DNA of 64,000 bases from Bacteroidota bacterium (GCA_041173245.1 JBEDIY010000060.1:15640-79639), one strand, 5' to 3'. Shown: positions 18,698-29,183, counted from the stretch's first letter. Notes: generated from the letters alone by a model not told the origin. Numbers and translations are program-made.

Positions 18698-21313
18698 TTA
18701 TAATGATTGTAAACTTTCTTCTATGGTTGCAATTCTGGCTATAGCGTCAGCTTGTTTTTGTTGTTCAAGTGCTACTACATCCGGTTTTGCATTTTGTACA
18801 AAACGCTCGTTGCTTAATTTTTTTGAAACACTTTCTAAGAACCCTTTTTGATAAGCTAGATCCGCTAAAAGTGTTGCCTTTAAAGCAGTTGCATCAAGCT
18901 CGATACTTGTTTCAATAAAAAATTTATCTTTTTCTACAGCTACAACAATGGTATTATCAATACTGCTATTTGTGTAGGAAATGCTTGTTGCATTAACTTG
19001 TTTGCACAAAATTGATTCAATGGCTTTATACGTACTGTTGTTGCCTGTTTGAATATGCAGTGTGATTGTGTCTTTAGGCTTTAATTGATTTTTATTTCTA
19101 GCATCACGAAGTGCAGATATCACTTGTTTTAAAAGCTCACCGCCTGCGACAATTTCTGGATTCGATTGCTTAACAGAAGCTGCCATTTTATTACATAAAT
19201 CATCCTGCTTAGGGCTTATTAAATGATAAATTTCTTCGGTAATAAATGGCATGAATGGATGCAGCATGTGCATCATTTCATTCAAATAATGAACCGTTTT
19301 ATCGTATACTTCTTTTGAAATAGGTTGTTCAAAACCTGGTTTAATCCACTCTAAATACCAGCTGCAATAATCATCCCAAATAAGCGAGTAAATTGTTTTA
19401 AGTGCTTCTGATAATTTAAAGCCATTTAATAAAACATCTACTTCTTGTTGGACTTGCGACAATCTATTTTCAAACCAATCCATCGCAAATTTTTCATTTT
19501 GCGCATCTAAGTTGCTATGAATTCTTTTTTCCCAACCCTGTATTAGTTTAAGAACGTTCCAAAGCTTGTTGTTAAAATTTCTACCTTGTTCAAGTGCCGA
19601 TTCGTCAAATAAAATATCATTACCAGCAGGAGAAGATATCATAATGCCAAACCTCACAGCGTCTGCTCCGTATACATCAATGAGTGCTAATAAGTCTGGC
19701 GAATTGCCTAAGCTCTTGCTCATTTTTCTACCTTGCTTATCCCTTACAATACCTGTAAAATATACATGCTCAAAAGGTTTTTGATCCATGTATTCATGAC
19801 CCGCCATAATCATACGTGCTACCCAAAAGAAAATAATTTCCGGGGCTGTTACAAGCGTTTGTGTTGGGTAATAATATTTTACTTCTTCGTTACCAGGATT
19901 AGATAAACCTTTAAATACTTCAAATGGCCATAACCAACTTGAAAACCAGGTATCTAAACAATCTTCATCTTGCTTGATATCAGATAGGGTAAGGGACGCA
20001 TTTTTTTCTTGTAACATTAAAAGTGCTTCATTGGCGTTTGCAGCAACAGCAACAGTACCATCAGGTGCATACCAAGCTGGAATGCGGTGACCCCACCAAA
20101 GTTGTCTACTAATACACCAGTCCTTGATGTTTTCCATCCAGTGACGGTACAAGTTTTTAAACTTTGCCGGATGAAACTGAATGGCTTCTTCCATAACGGA
20201 TCCTAATGCAGGTGTTGCAATTTCTTTCATACTAACCCACCACTGTAAACTAAGCCTAGGCTCCACCATGGCATCCGTTCTTTCTGAAAAACCTACTTGG
20301 TTGGTGTATGCTTCTACTTTATCTAATAAACCTGCTTCGCTTAAAATAACTTCCATTTTCCCCCGCACATCAAGCCTATCCTCACCAATAAAAAACTGTG
20401 CTGCTTCAGACATGGTGCCATCATCATTGAGGGTATCAATTACTTCTAAATTATATTTTTGACCTAATTGATAATCGTTGATATCATGCGCTGGCGTTAC
20501 TTTTAAAGCACCTGTTCCAAAATCAAGTGTAACATATTCATCCGTAATAATGGGTACACGTCTATTAATGAGTGGAACAAAAACAAATTTACCGTGGAGG
20601 TGTTTGTAGCGTTCATCTAATGGGTTAACGCATACTGCAGTGTCACCAAAAATAGTTTCTGGCCTTACGGTAGCAATGGTTACAAAATCATTACTGCCCT
20701 CAATGGCATATTTGATATGGTATAATTTGCTCTGAACTTCTTTGTAAATAACTTCTTCGTCAGATAACGCTGTTTTGGCCTTAACGTCCCAGTTAATCAT
20801 TCTTTTACCTCTGTAAATATGTCCTTTTTTGTGGAGGTCTAAAAACACTTGAATCACAGATTTATAATAATCTGGATCCATGGTAAATGAAGTACGATCC
20901 CAGTCTAAACTACAGCCCATTTTTTTTAGCTGTTGTAAAATAATTTCACCATATTTTTCTTTCCATTCCCATGCATATCCTAAAAATTCATCTCTAGATA
21001 AACTTGATTTGGTAATGCCACGCTCTCTAAGCATAGCCACCACTTTTGCCTCTGTGGCAATAGAAGCATGGTCGGTTCCGGGTACCCAGCAGGCATTTTT
21101 ACCTTGCATACGGGCACGTCTAATTAATATATCCTGGATGGTATTGTTTAGGCAATGACCCATATGCAAAACGCCGGTTACATTGGGTGGAGGCATGACT
21201 ATCGTATATGCCTCGCGATCATCTGGGGTACTTTTAAAATAACCCTTTGATAGCCAATGTTGGTACCATCGCGCTTCTGTTTCATTTGGGACATAATTCT
21301 TACTCAATTCCAT
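18698..21313 (-). CDS. valS: valine--tRNA ligase
   Basis: About 871 aa from ATG 21313 (MELSKNYVPNETEARWYQHW). HIGH-type PPNVTGVLHMGH, KMSKS, C-terminal coiled coil. The ORF-track start (21340) adds 9 non-conserved residues. Confidence 0.95.
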   Translation of the reverse strand: MELSKNYVPNETEARWYQHWLSKGYFKSTPDDREAYTIVMPPPNVTGVLHMGHCLNNTIQDILIRRARMQGKNACWVPGTDHASIATEAKVVAMLRERGITKSSLSRDEFLGYAWEWKEKYGEIILQQLKKMGCSLDWDRTSFTMDPDYYKSVIQVFLDLHKKGHIYRGKRMINWDVKAKTALSDEEVIYKEVQSKLYHIKYAIEGSNDFVTIATVRPETIFGDTAVCVNPLDERYKHLHGKFVFVPLINRRVPIITDEYVTLDFGTGALKVTPAHDINDYQLGQKYNLEVIDTLNDDGTMSEAAQFFIGEDRLDVRGKMEVILSEAGLLDKVEAYTNQVGFSERTDAMVEPRLSLQWWVSMKEIATPALGSVMEEAIQFHPAKFKNLYRHWMENIKDWCISRQLWWGHRIPAWYAPDGTVAVAANANEALLMLQEKNASLTLSDIKQDEDCLDTWFSSWLWPFEVFKGLSNPGNEEVKYYYPTQTLVTAPEIIFFWVARMIMAGHEYMDQKPFEHVYFTGIVRDKQGRKMSKSLGNSPDLLALIDVYGADAVRFGIMISSPAGNDILFDESALEQGRNFNNKLWNVLKLIQGWEKRIHSNLDAQNEKFAMDWFENRLSQVQQEVDVLLNGFKLSEALKTIYSLIWDDYCSWYLEWIKPGFEQPISKEVYDKTVHYLNEMMHMLHPFMPFITEEIYHLISPKQDDLCNKMAASVKQSNPEIVAGGELLKQVISALRDARNKNQLKPKDTITLHIQTGNNSTYKAIESILCKQVNATSISYTNSSIDNTIVVAVEKDKFFIETSIELDATALKATLLADLAYQKGFLESVSKKLSNERFVQNAKPDVVALEQQKQADAIARIATIEESLQSL

Positions 21314-21411
21314 GCTCAAAACTTTGTTGCGAAAGTACAAAAAATGGGTGTGTTTTTTTTTATTTGTCTTGCACCCTTAAAAAAGCGAATTTGAGCCCTC
21401 AATTCAGTGTT

Positions 21412-21945
21412 TTGAAATTTGCAGTAGTTGATATAGAAACCACAGGGGGATTCCCGTCGCAACATGGGATAACCGAGATAGCCATTGTTTTGCATGACGG
21501 TGATCAGATAGAGGGCATCTATGAAACGCTCATTAACCCGCACCAGCCCATTCCGCCATTTATAGCCAATATGACCGGCATAAGCAACCAAATGGTAGCA
21601 GCGGCGCCATCATTTGATAAAGTGGCTGCCAATATCTTTAATTTATTGGAAAACAGGGTATTTGTAGCGCATAACGTCAATTTTGACTATTCTTTTGTGC
21701 ATCATCACTTACAAGTTGCTGGTTTTCAATTAGAAGTACCAAAATTATGTACGATTAGACTAAGTAGAAAGGCTTTCCCTGGGTATAAAAAGTATGGATT
21801 GGGTCATTTGTGTCGTACCCTAGATATTCAAATTGAAAATAGACATAGGGCTGGGGGTGATGCAAAAGCAACGGCACAAATTCTTGATCTTGTGATTCAG
21901 AATAATGGAAGAACACTCATTTCCGAATTGATAAAAAGACATTAA
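21412..21945 (+). CDS. DnaQ-like 3'-5' exonuclease (DEDDh, PolIII epsilon family)
   Basis: About 177 aa. Exo I motif VVDIETTGG directly at the N-terminus, Exo II AHNVNFDYSF, Exo III HRAGGDA. No in-frame ATG precedes Exo I, so TTG at 21412 (MKFAVVDIETTGG) is the likely start. The ORF-track start 21247 overlaps valS. Confidence 0.75.
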   Translation: MKFAVVDIETTGGFPSQHGITEIAIVLHDGDQIEGIYETLINPHQPIPPFIANMTGISNQMVAAAPSFDKVAANIFNLLENRVFVAHNVNFDYSFVHHHLQVAGFQLEVPKLCTIRLSRKAFPGYKKYGLGHLCRTLDIQIENRHRAGGDAKATAQILDLVIQNNGRTLISELIKRH

Positions 21946-21968
21946 TTATTAAAATTTCAAGTGTATTT

Positions 21969-24203
21969 ATGGGTTCTTTTGCTCCAACTATTGCCTCACA
22001 ATTAAACATCAAGGTTTCACAAGTTCAAGCGGTTTTAGATTTATTTGGTGAGGCGGCAACCATTCCTTTCATAGCCCGTTATAGAAAAGACAAAACAGGC
22101 GGATTAGATGAAGTTCAAATTCAACAAATCGAAGAAGCCTCTAAATTTTTAAAAACGTTTACAGAACGTAAAGATTTTATCGAAAAAGCCATTACAGAGC
22201 AGGGGAAGATGACGGATGAGCTTCAAAAAAAATTAGACAATGCTACAACGCTAGCTGCACTCGAAGATATTTACTTGCCTTACAAGCCTAAGCGTAAAAC
22301 AAAAGCACAAACAGCCAAAGAAAATGGATTGGAGCCACTTTCAATTACAATGTTAGCGCAAGGATCAGAAGATGTGGAACAAACAGCAGCGCAGTATTTG
22401 AATGATAAAATAACAACCTCCGAAGAAGCACTTTCCGGCGCTAGAGATATTATAGCAGAGCTTATTAACGAAAACGATGTAGTACGTGCTAAAATGCGTT
22501 TACTATTTGAACAAACGGCTTGTATTCAAACCAAAGTTTTATCGGATAAAGAAACGGAAGGTATTAAGTACAAAGACTATTTTGATTTTTCTGAACCGAT
22601 ACATAAAATACCATCGCATAGAACCATGGCCATACTCCGTGGTTTTTTAGAAGGTGTATTACGCATGAGTATTACACCCCTCGAAGAGGATGCTCTTACA
22701 CTTACTGAAAGTATTTACTTAAAGGACTTAAGCCCATGGCGTGAGCATGTGAAAAAGGCAATTAAAGACGCGTACCGCAGACTCTTGCAGCCAAGTTTAG
22801 AAACAGAATATAGAACATCCTTAAAGCAAAAAGCAGACGAAGAAGCAATTAATGTTTTTGCAGAAAATTTACGTCAGTTATTATTAAGTGCACCCCTTGG
22901 CAGTAAAAAGATACTTGCCATTGATCCGGGTTATAGAACGGGTTGTAAAGTGGTTTGCCTCGATGAAAAAGGAATGCTGCAACAAACCGAACTTATTTTT
23001 ATTCATGAAAATAATAGACTTGATCAAAGTGAACACATTATTAGAAGTTTAGTAAAAAGTTATTGTATAGAAGCGTTTGCCATTGGTGATGGAACAGCAG
23101 GTAGAGAAACAGAAATATTTATTCAAAAATTACAATTAGGACTTCCTATTTATTTAGTGAATGAAGATGGAGCTTCTGTATACTCCGCATCAGAAACTGC
23201 AAGGGAAGAGTTTCCGGATAAAGACGTAACGATTAGAGGTTCTGTAAGTATTGGTAGACGACTTATGGATCCACTTGCGGAGCTTGTAAAAATTGATCCT
23301 AAAAGTTTAGGTGTCGGACAGTACCAGCACGATGTAAATCAGTTTAGGTTAAAAGAAAGACTGGATCAAACAGTCATTAGTTGTGTAAACCAAGTTGGGG
23401 TTAATGTAAATACAGCGAGTAAACATTTATTGAAATATGTAAGTGGCATTTCTGGCCCCGTTGCCGAAAATATTATTAATTATAGAACGGAAATTGGTGG
23501 TTTTACCAGCAGAGAGCAATTGAAAAAAGTGCCAAGGCTTGGAGATAAAGCTTATGAACAATGTGCCGGATTTTTGCGCATTGTAGCATCAGAAAATCCA
23601 CTCGACGCAAGTGCAGTCCATCCAGAGGCTTATGCTATTGTGGCAGCTATTGCAAAAGATGCCAATATTCTAATTCCTGCATTAATTGGAAACAATGAAG
23701 TGATTAAAGCAGTGGATGTTAAAAAATATATTTCTGAAACATTTGGAGAACATACCATCAAGGATATTTTAAATGAATTAAAAAAGCCTGGACTCGATCC
23801 ACGTAAAGAAATTGAGCAGTTTAGTTTCGCTAATATTTATAAAATTGAAGACGTGCAAGTTGGCATGATTGTTCCTGGTCAGGTTACCAATATTACACGC
23901 TTTGGCGCCTTTATAGATATTGGTGTTAAACAAGATGGACTGGTGCATGTGAGTGAAATTGCGCACCAATATATTACAGACCCTTCCGAATTTTTAAAAC
24001 TAGGGCAAAAGGTACAGGTAAAAGTAACGGAAGTGGATACCGCCAGAAAACGTATTGCGCTGTCTATCAAGCAAACAGAAAATGCACCTGCTAAAACTGC
24101 GTCTAGTAGGCCAGCAGTCCAAAAACCTGCTCCCGATCATGACCTGTCATCCCTTAGTGTTAACGACGCGCTACAGGCGTTAAAAAAACGCTTTGGAAAG
24201 TAG
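21969..24203 (+). CDS. tex: Tex family RNA-binding transcriptional accessory protein
   Basis: 744 aa. N-terminal Tex domain (TIPFIARYRKDKTGGL), YqgF/RuvC-like segment (ILAIDPGYRTGCK), HhH motifs, C-terminal S1 domain (GQVTNITRFGAFIDIG..DGLVHVSE). Confidence 0.9.
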   Translation: MGSFAPTIASQLNIKVSQVQAVLDLFGEAATIPFIARYRKDKTGGLDEVQIQQIEEASKFLKTFTERKDFIEKAITEQGKMTDELQKKLDNATTLAALEDIYLPYKPKRKTKAQTAKENGLEPLSITMLAQGSEDVEQTAAQYLNDKITTSEEALSGARDIIAELINENDVVRAKMRLLFEQTACIQTKVLSDKETEGIKYKDYFDFSEPIHKIPSHRTMAILRGFLEGVLRMSITPLEEDALTLTESIYLKDLSPWREHVKKAIKDAYRRLLQPSLETEYRTSLKQKADEEAINVFAENLRQLLLSAPLGSKKILAIDPGYRTGCKVVCLDEKGMLQQTELIFIHENNRLDQSEHIIRSLVKSYCIEAFAIGDGTAGRETEIFIQKLQLGLPIYLVNEDGASVYSASETAREEFPDKDVTIRGSVSIGRRLMDPLAELVKIDPKSLGVGQYQHDVNQFRLKERLDQTVISCVNQVGVNVNTASKHLLKYVSGISGPVAENIINYRTEIGGFTSREQLKKVPRLGDKAYEQCAGFLRIVASENPLDASAVHPEAYAIVAAIAKDANILIPALIGNNEVIKAVDVKKYISETFGEHTIKDILNELKKPGLDPRKEIEQFSFANIYKIEDVQVGMIVPGQVTNITRFGAFIDIGVKQDGLVHVSEIAHQYITDPSEFLKLGQKVQVKVTEVDTARKRIALSIKQTENAPAKTASSRPAVQKPAPDHDLSSLSVNDALQALKKRFGK

Positions 24204-24243
24204 TAAAATCTTATATTTAGTATCCAATAATTAAATCAATCCT

Positions 24244-27200
24244 ATGCGAAAAATCTATTTTTTATGTAGCTTTTTACTCAGTTTTGTAGTCGCTACTGCA
24301 CAAAAAAAAGAAACCAAAGATAGCACGGTCTATACTTCATTTAAAGACCTTCCGCTAAAAGCAGAACGTACCATCAGCTTTGATACCAAAGAAGGTACTT
24401 TTATGAGTTTGGATATATCTCCAGATGGTAAAACTATTGCCTTTGATATGATGGGTGATATTTACACCGTTCCAATGCAGGGCGGTAAAGCCAAACAAAT
24501 TACAAAGGGCTTGGCATTTGATGCGCATCCTCGATTTAGCCCTGACGGAAAAAAATTATTATTCACCAGTGATAGAAGTGGTGCCGATAATATTTGGATA
24601 CTTGATTTTGAAAAGCAAGACACGATTCAATTAACAAAAACCAATGTAGATGATTATGTAAATGCTATTTGGACTCCAGATGGCAAATACATCATTGCAG
24701 CAAAGGGTAGAAGAACTCCTAGACTTTGGATGTACAATGTTGATGGTGGTGGTGGTATTCAACTCAACGATCAACCAGGTAATTTAAAAACCATTGACCC
24801 AAGTATTAGTGCCGATGGTAAATTGGTGTATTACAGTCAGCGTAATGGTGCATGGAATTACAATGCACTACTTCCACAATATCAAATTGGTGTGTACAAT
24901 AAAGAAAAGGGAGAATTCAATACCATTACATCGAGGTATGGTTCTGCATTTACGCCCACTTTAAGTAAAGACGGAAAATGGATGGTGTATGGTTCTCGAT
25001 ACCAAGATAAAACAGGTCTTGTTTTACGTAACTTATTAAATGGTGATGAAAAGTGGTTGGCTTATCCGGTGCAAAGAGATGATCAGGAAAGTATTGCACC
25101 GCTGGGCGTGTTACCAGGTATGAGTTTTACGCCAGATAGTAAATATATATTAGCTAGTTATGGAGGTAAAATTTGGAAATTATCGGTAGCTGAAGAAGTG
25201 CCTTCAGAAATTGCTTTTGAAGCAAATGTGAATTTAGAATTAGGCCCTCGTTTATATTTTAATTATCCAGTTAAAGATACTGCCTATGCGCTAGGTTCAC
25301 AAATTAGAGATGCGGTACCAAGTCCAGACGGATCTAAACTTGCGTTTACTTCTCTCAACCGTTTGTATGTGATGGATTATCCCAACGGAACGCCAAAGCG
25401 TTTAACCAATCATAATTTTGTAGAAGCGATGCCAGCATGGAGTCCGAACGGACAATTTTTGGCATTTGTAACATGGAATGATGCCGATGGTGGTAATTTA
25501 TATACCATTAATGCAGATGGGTCTTCCATAAATAAATTAAGCACTGAGTCTGCATATTATGCACAACCAGCTTGGAGTTACAACAACCGCATCGCGTATT
25601 TTAAAGCACCTAACCGTATTTTTAAAGAAGCAGAATCTCCATCTTATAATGGATCGGAAGCAAAAATGAATTGGATAGAGCCTACTGGTGGCGAAGAACA
25701 TTTTATTGATTTTGCAAATGGAAGAGGCAATATTCATTTCACAACCAACACCGATCGCGTATTTTTAAATGGCGGCGGTGGTACTTTATTGTCTATTAGA
25801 TGGGATGGTACCGATACCAAAACACTTGCGCGCGTTTCTGGTATTACCACTTATGGTTCTGTTGCTGATGCAGATCATGGTTATGTAATGGGAAAAAGTA
25901 GATCTAATTTAGAGCCTATTAATAATTGCATGTTACCAGAATCGGCGGGTGATAAAGAGCCTCAACAAATGCCAAGTTCTGCAGATATTATTTTGATGGC
26001 ACCTAAAGGGGACCTTGCACTAGCTCAGGTTAATAACAACGTTTATGTTGTTACGATTCCTGAAGCAGGCAAAACCCCTTCAATTTCTGTGGCATCACCA
26101 CAAAATAGTAGTTTCCCGGCTCGCCAATTAACCGAGATAGGCGGTGAGTTTCCAGCTTGGGAAGCGAATGGTAAAAAGGCACATTGGAGTTTAGGTAATG
26201 GCCACTGGGTGTATGATGTAGAACGTGCTAAGCTTGTAGAAGACTCTGTTAAAACAGCAAAGAAATCAGAATCAAAACGAATTTCTGATAGTACCGCTGC
26301 ATTAAAACTTGCTGGCCCTGCTGCTAAAAAATTAGCAGATTCACTTGTTACTATTGCAAAAGCAGATACATTAAAAGTAAAAGCAGATACATTAAAAGTA
26401 AAAGCAGATAGTATTTACAATGCCGAATTAAAGAAAAAAGAAAAATACAGTCCTTCTGAAACACAGGTAAAAGTATTTTATCAAAAAGATATTCCTTCGG
26501 GAACACTTCTATTAAAAAATGCTAGAATTATTACCATGCGTGGTGATGAAGTGATTGAACGAGGCGATATCCTGATTGTAAATAACCGTATACAACAGGT
26601 GGGCAAATCCGGATCAATCAAAGTACCAGCAGGTACTAAAACCATTGATTGTGCTGGCAAAACTATCACTCCAGGTTTTGTAGATACCCATTCGCATATG
26701 TGGCCTTTTTGGGGACTACATAAAAATAATGTTTGGTTGTATGCTGCTAACCTTGCCTATGGCGTAACAACAACACGTGACCCACAAACGGCTACCACCG
26801 ATGTATTAACGTATGGTGACATGGTAGAAGCAGGTCAAATTCCTGGCCCAAGAATTTATAGTACTGGCCCTGGTGTTGGATACTGGATGTATAATTTACA
26901 GAGCTATGATCAAACAAAAAAAGTACTAGAGCAATACAGTAAATACTATAAAACTCAGTACATCAAAATGTACTTGACTGGTAATAGACAAGCGCGTCAG
27001 TGGATTATTATGGCTTCTAAAGAGCAAAAATTAATGCCAACAACCGAGGGAGGTCTTGATTTTAAAATTAACATGACCCATATGCTTGATGGTTATCCGG
27101 GTATGGAACACTCTTTACCTATTTATCCTTTATACAAAGATGTTACCAAATCTTTTGCTACTAGTAAAATCACATTAACACCAACATTAATTGTTGCGTA

Positions 27201-27768
27201 TGGTGGCCCTTGGGCAGAAAACTTTTACTACACCACCGAAAGTCCTTTACACGATCCAAAGCTTAATAGGTTTACTCCATACGAAGAGTTAAATCAAAAA
27301 GCTGCAAGAAGAGCGGGTAGTTTAGGTGGTTGGTTTACGCCAGAAGACCATGTATTTCAAAAACATGCTGAAGGATTAAAAAGCATTGTAGACCAAGGTG
27401 GTTTAGTAGGTGTTGGAAGTCATGGACAATTACAAGGTCTTGGTTACCACTGGGAACTTTGGAGTATCGCTAGTGGTGGTATGAAAGAACATCATGCACT
27501 TAAAACAGCAACCATACTTGGTGCAGAGGCACTTGGTTTGGATAAAGATTTAGGAAGTATTGAGTCCGGTAAACTAGCCGATTTAGTTATCATGAATGAC
27601 AATCCACTCGTTAACATTAGAAATACCAACAAAATCAAATACGTACTTAAAAATGGTCGTTTGTATGATGGTAACACACTTGATGAAGTGTACCCGAATG
27701 CTAAAAAATTAGATATCAGTTCTTGGACGAAACAAGCGCCTGTTGTAAATACACCGGTGAAACAATAA
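24244..27768 (+). CDS. secreted TolB-like beta-propeller / amidohydrolase fusion protein
   Basis: 1174 aa. Signal peptide. Many PD40-type repeats (SPDGK, TPDGK, SADGK, SKDGK, SPDGS, SPNGQ). C-terminal metal-dependent amidohydrolase domain with intact TPGFVDTHSHMW (HxH) and GVGSHG. Confidence 0.8.
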   Translation: MRKIYFLCSFLLSFVVATAQKKETKDSTVYTSFKDLPLKAERTISFDTKEGTFMSLDISPDGKTIAFDMMGDIYTVPMQGGKAKQITKGLAFDAHPRFSPDGKKLLFTSDRSGADNIWILDFEKQDTIQLTKTNVDDYVNAIWTPDGKYIIAAKGRRTPRLWMYNVDGGGGIQLNDQPGNLKTIDPSISADGKLVYYSQRNGAWNYNALLPQYQIGVYNKEKGEFNTITSRYGSAFTPTLSKDGKWMVYGSRYQDKTGLVLRNLLNGDEKWLAYPVQRDDQESIAPLGVLPGMSFTPDSKYILASYGGKIWKLSVAEEVPSEIAFEANVNLELGPRLYFNYPVKDTAYALGSQIRDAVPSPDGSKLAFTSLNRLYVMDYPNGTPKRLTNHNFVEAMPAWSPNGQFLAFVTWNDADGGNLYTINADGSSINKLSTESAYYAQPAWSYNNRIAYFKAPNRIFKEAESPSYNGSEAKMNWIEPTGGEEHFIDFANGRGNIHFTTNTDRVFLNGGGGTLLSIRWDGTDTKTLARVSGITTYGSVADADHGYVMGKSRSNLEPINNCMLPESAGDKEPQQMPSSADIILMAPKGDLALAQVNNNVYVVTIPEAGKTPSISVASPQNSSFPARQLTEIGGEFPAWEANGKKAHWSLGNGHWVYDVERAKLVEDSVKTAKKSESKRISDSTAALKLAGPAAKKLADSLVTIAKADTLKVKADTLKVKADSIYNAELKKKEKYSPSETQVKVFYQKDIPSGTLLLKNARIITMRGDEVIERGDILIVNNRIQQVGKSGSIKVPAGTKTIDCAGKTITPGFVDTHSHMWPFWGLHKNNVWLYAANLAYGVTTTRDPQTATTDVLTYGDMVEAGQIPGPRIYSTGPGVGYWMYNLQSYDQTKKVLEQYSKYYKTQYIKMYLTGNRQARQWIIMASKEQKLMPTTEGGLDFKINMTHMLDGYPGMEHSLPIYPLYKDVTKSFATSKITLTPTLIVAYGGPWAENFYYTTESPLHDPKLNRFTPYEELNQKAARRAGSLGGWFTPEDHVFQKHAEGLKSIVDQGGLVGVGSHGQLQGLGYHWELWSIASGGMKEHHALKTATILGAEALGLDKDLGSIESGKLADLVIMNDNPLVNIRNTNKIKYVLKNGRLYDGNTLDEVYPNAKKLDISSWTKQAPVVNTPVKQ
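26359..26410 (+). repeat. perfect 21-bp tandem duplication (2.5 units) inside the 1174-aa gene
   Basis: AAAGCAGATACATTAAAAGTA occurs at 26359-26379 and 26380-26400, then AAAGCAGATA follows. It encodes KADTLKV KADTLKV KAD in the linker between the propeller and amidohydrolase regions. Confidence 0.9.
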
Positions 27769-27787
27769 TATCGTATAGGTAAAAATT

Positions 27788-27818
27788 AAAAGGCGGCACT
27801 TTAAGTGCCGCCTTTTTT
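27788..27818 (+). terminator. bidirectional rho-independent terminator between the 1174-aa gene and purB
   Basis: Stem GGCGGCACT / AGTGCCGCC flanked by AAAA on the 5' side and TTTTTT on the 3' side. Confidence 0.8.
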
Positions 27819-27836
27819 ATGTTCTAAAAAGTCTAA

Positions 27837-29183
27837 TTAGAATTTTGGATGAATACCCGTATAATTATGTGGTGTAATCTTTTTTAATTCAGTTTTAATC
27901 GCTGCACTTACTTTTAATTTGGTAATAAATGCATGAATCGATTTTTTATCGATACTATTATTACCCCTGGTCAAATCCTTTAAAGCTTCGTACGGGTTAG
28001 GGTAGTTTTCTCTACGTAAAATGGTTTGAATCGCTTCTGCAACTACCGCCCAATTATTTTCTAAGTCTGATTTTAATTTTGCTTCGTTGAGTACAAGCTT
28101 ACCAAGTCCTTTTTCGATAGATTTAATAGCTATTGTCATGTGTGCCACAGGGGTTCCAATATTACGAAGCACTGTAGAGTCTGTTAAATCTCTTTGTAAT
28201 CTACTAACAGGTAATTTAGCCGAAAGATGCTCTAATAGTGCATTGGCCATACCTAAATTACCTTCTGCATTTTCAAAATCGATGGGGTTTACTTTATGCG
28301 GCATGGCACTTGATCCCACTTCGCCTTTTTTGGTTTTTTGCTTAAAATAATCCATAGAAATGTATGTCCAAATATCTCTAGACATATCAATTAAGATGTT
28401 GTTGATGCGCTTTAAATTGTCAAAATGTGCGGCAAAATAATCGTAGTGCTCAATTTGTGTGGTAAACTGCATACGTTGTAGGCCAAGTCTATCTTCCACA
28501 AATTCGTTAGCTAGTTCTACCCAGTTCCTTTTTGGAAAAGCAATATGGTGTGCATTAAAATTTCCGGTTGCACCACCAAATTTAGCAGCATATGGTATAT
28601 TCAAAAACAGGGCAATTTGATTGTGTAAACGCTCAACAAATACCATAAACTCTTTACCTAATTTGGTAGGAGAAGCAGGCTGTCCATGGGTTCTAGCAAG
28701 TAGTGGAATATTTTTCCAGGTAATAGCAAGATCTTGAACATGCTGCATTAAATTAATAAGGGCTGGTAAATAATCATATTCCATACTATTTTTCCAACTT
28801 AATGGAATAGCCGTATTATTAATATCCTGCGATGTTAATCCAAAATGAATCCACTCTTTTAATTCACTACAACTCGCTTTATCGAGTTGGATTTTTAAAA
28901 AATATTCTACCGCTTTAACATCATGGTTGGTAGTCGCTTCAATTTCTTTGATTGTTTTTGCGTCGTCTTCAGTAAAATTATCTTTTAGGTCTAGTAAAAA
29001 CGTCTTTGCTTTTGCAGGGAGCTTGAAAAACTTTTTATCAGCTAAAAAAATGAAGTAATCGATTTCAACAATTACCCGGTACTTAATCAGTGCAAATTCA
29101 GAAAAATATTCGTCTAATTGTTGTACTTGCTTTCTGTAGCGGCCATCAATTGGCGAAATAGCTGTTAATTGACTTAATTCCAT
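27837..29183 (-). CDS. purB: adenylosuccinate lyase
   Basis: 448 aa. LTAISPIDGRYR N-terminus, fumarate-lyase signature SSAMPHKVNP. Confidence 0.95.
   Translation of the reverse strand: MELSQLTAISPIDGRYRKQVQQLDEYFSEFALIKYRVIVEIDYFIFLADKKFFKLPAKAKTFLLDLKDNFTEDDAKTIKEIEATTNHDVKAVEYFLKIQLDKASCSELKEWIHFGLTSQDINNTAIPLSWKNSMEYDYLPALINLMQHVQDLAITWKNIPLLARTHGQPASPTKLGKEFMVFVERLHNQIALFLNIPYAAKFGGATGNFNAHHIAFPKRNWVELANEFVEDRLGLQRMQFTTQIEHYDYFAAHFDNLKRINNILIDMSRDIWTYISMDYFKQKTKKGEVGSSAMPHKVNPIDFENAEGNLGMANALLEHLSAKLPVSRLQRDLTDSTVLRNIGTPVAHMTIAIKSIEKGLGKLVLNEAKLKSDLENNWAVVAEAIQTILRRENYPNPYEALKDLTRGNNSIDKKSIHAFITKLKVSAAIKTELKKITPHNYTGIHPKF

Noticed and set aside
21247-21411. Long N-terminal extension of the exonuclease ORF, which overlaps the valS start.
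   Set aside because: It starts at a TTG inside the divergent valS coding region. The extension is Cys/Leu/Ser-rich with no motif. The Exo I motif is normally within the first 10 to 15 residues.
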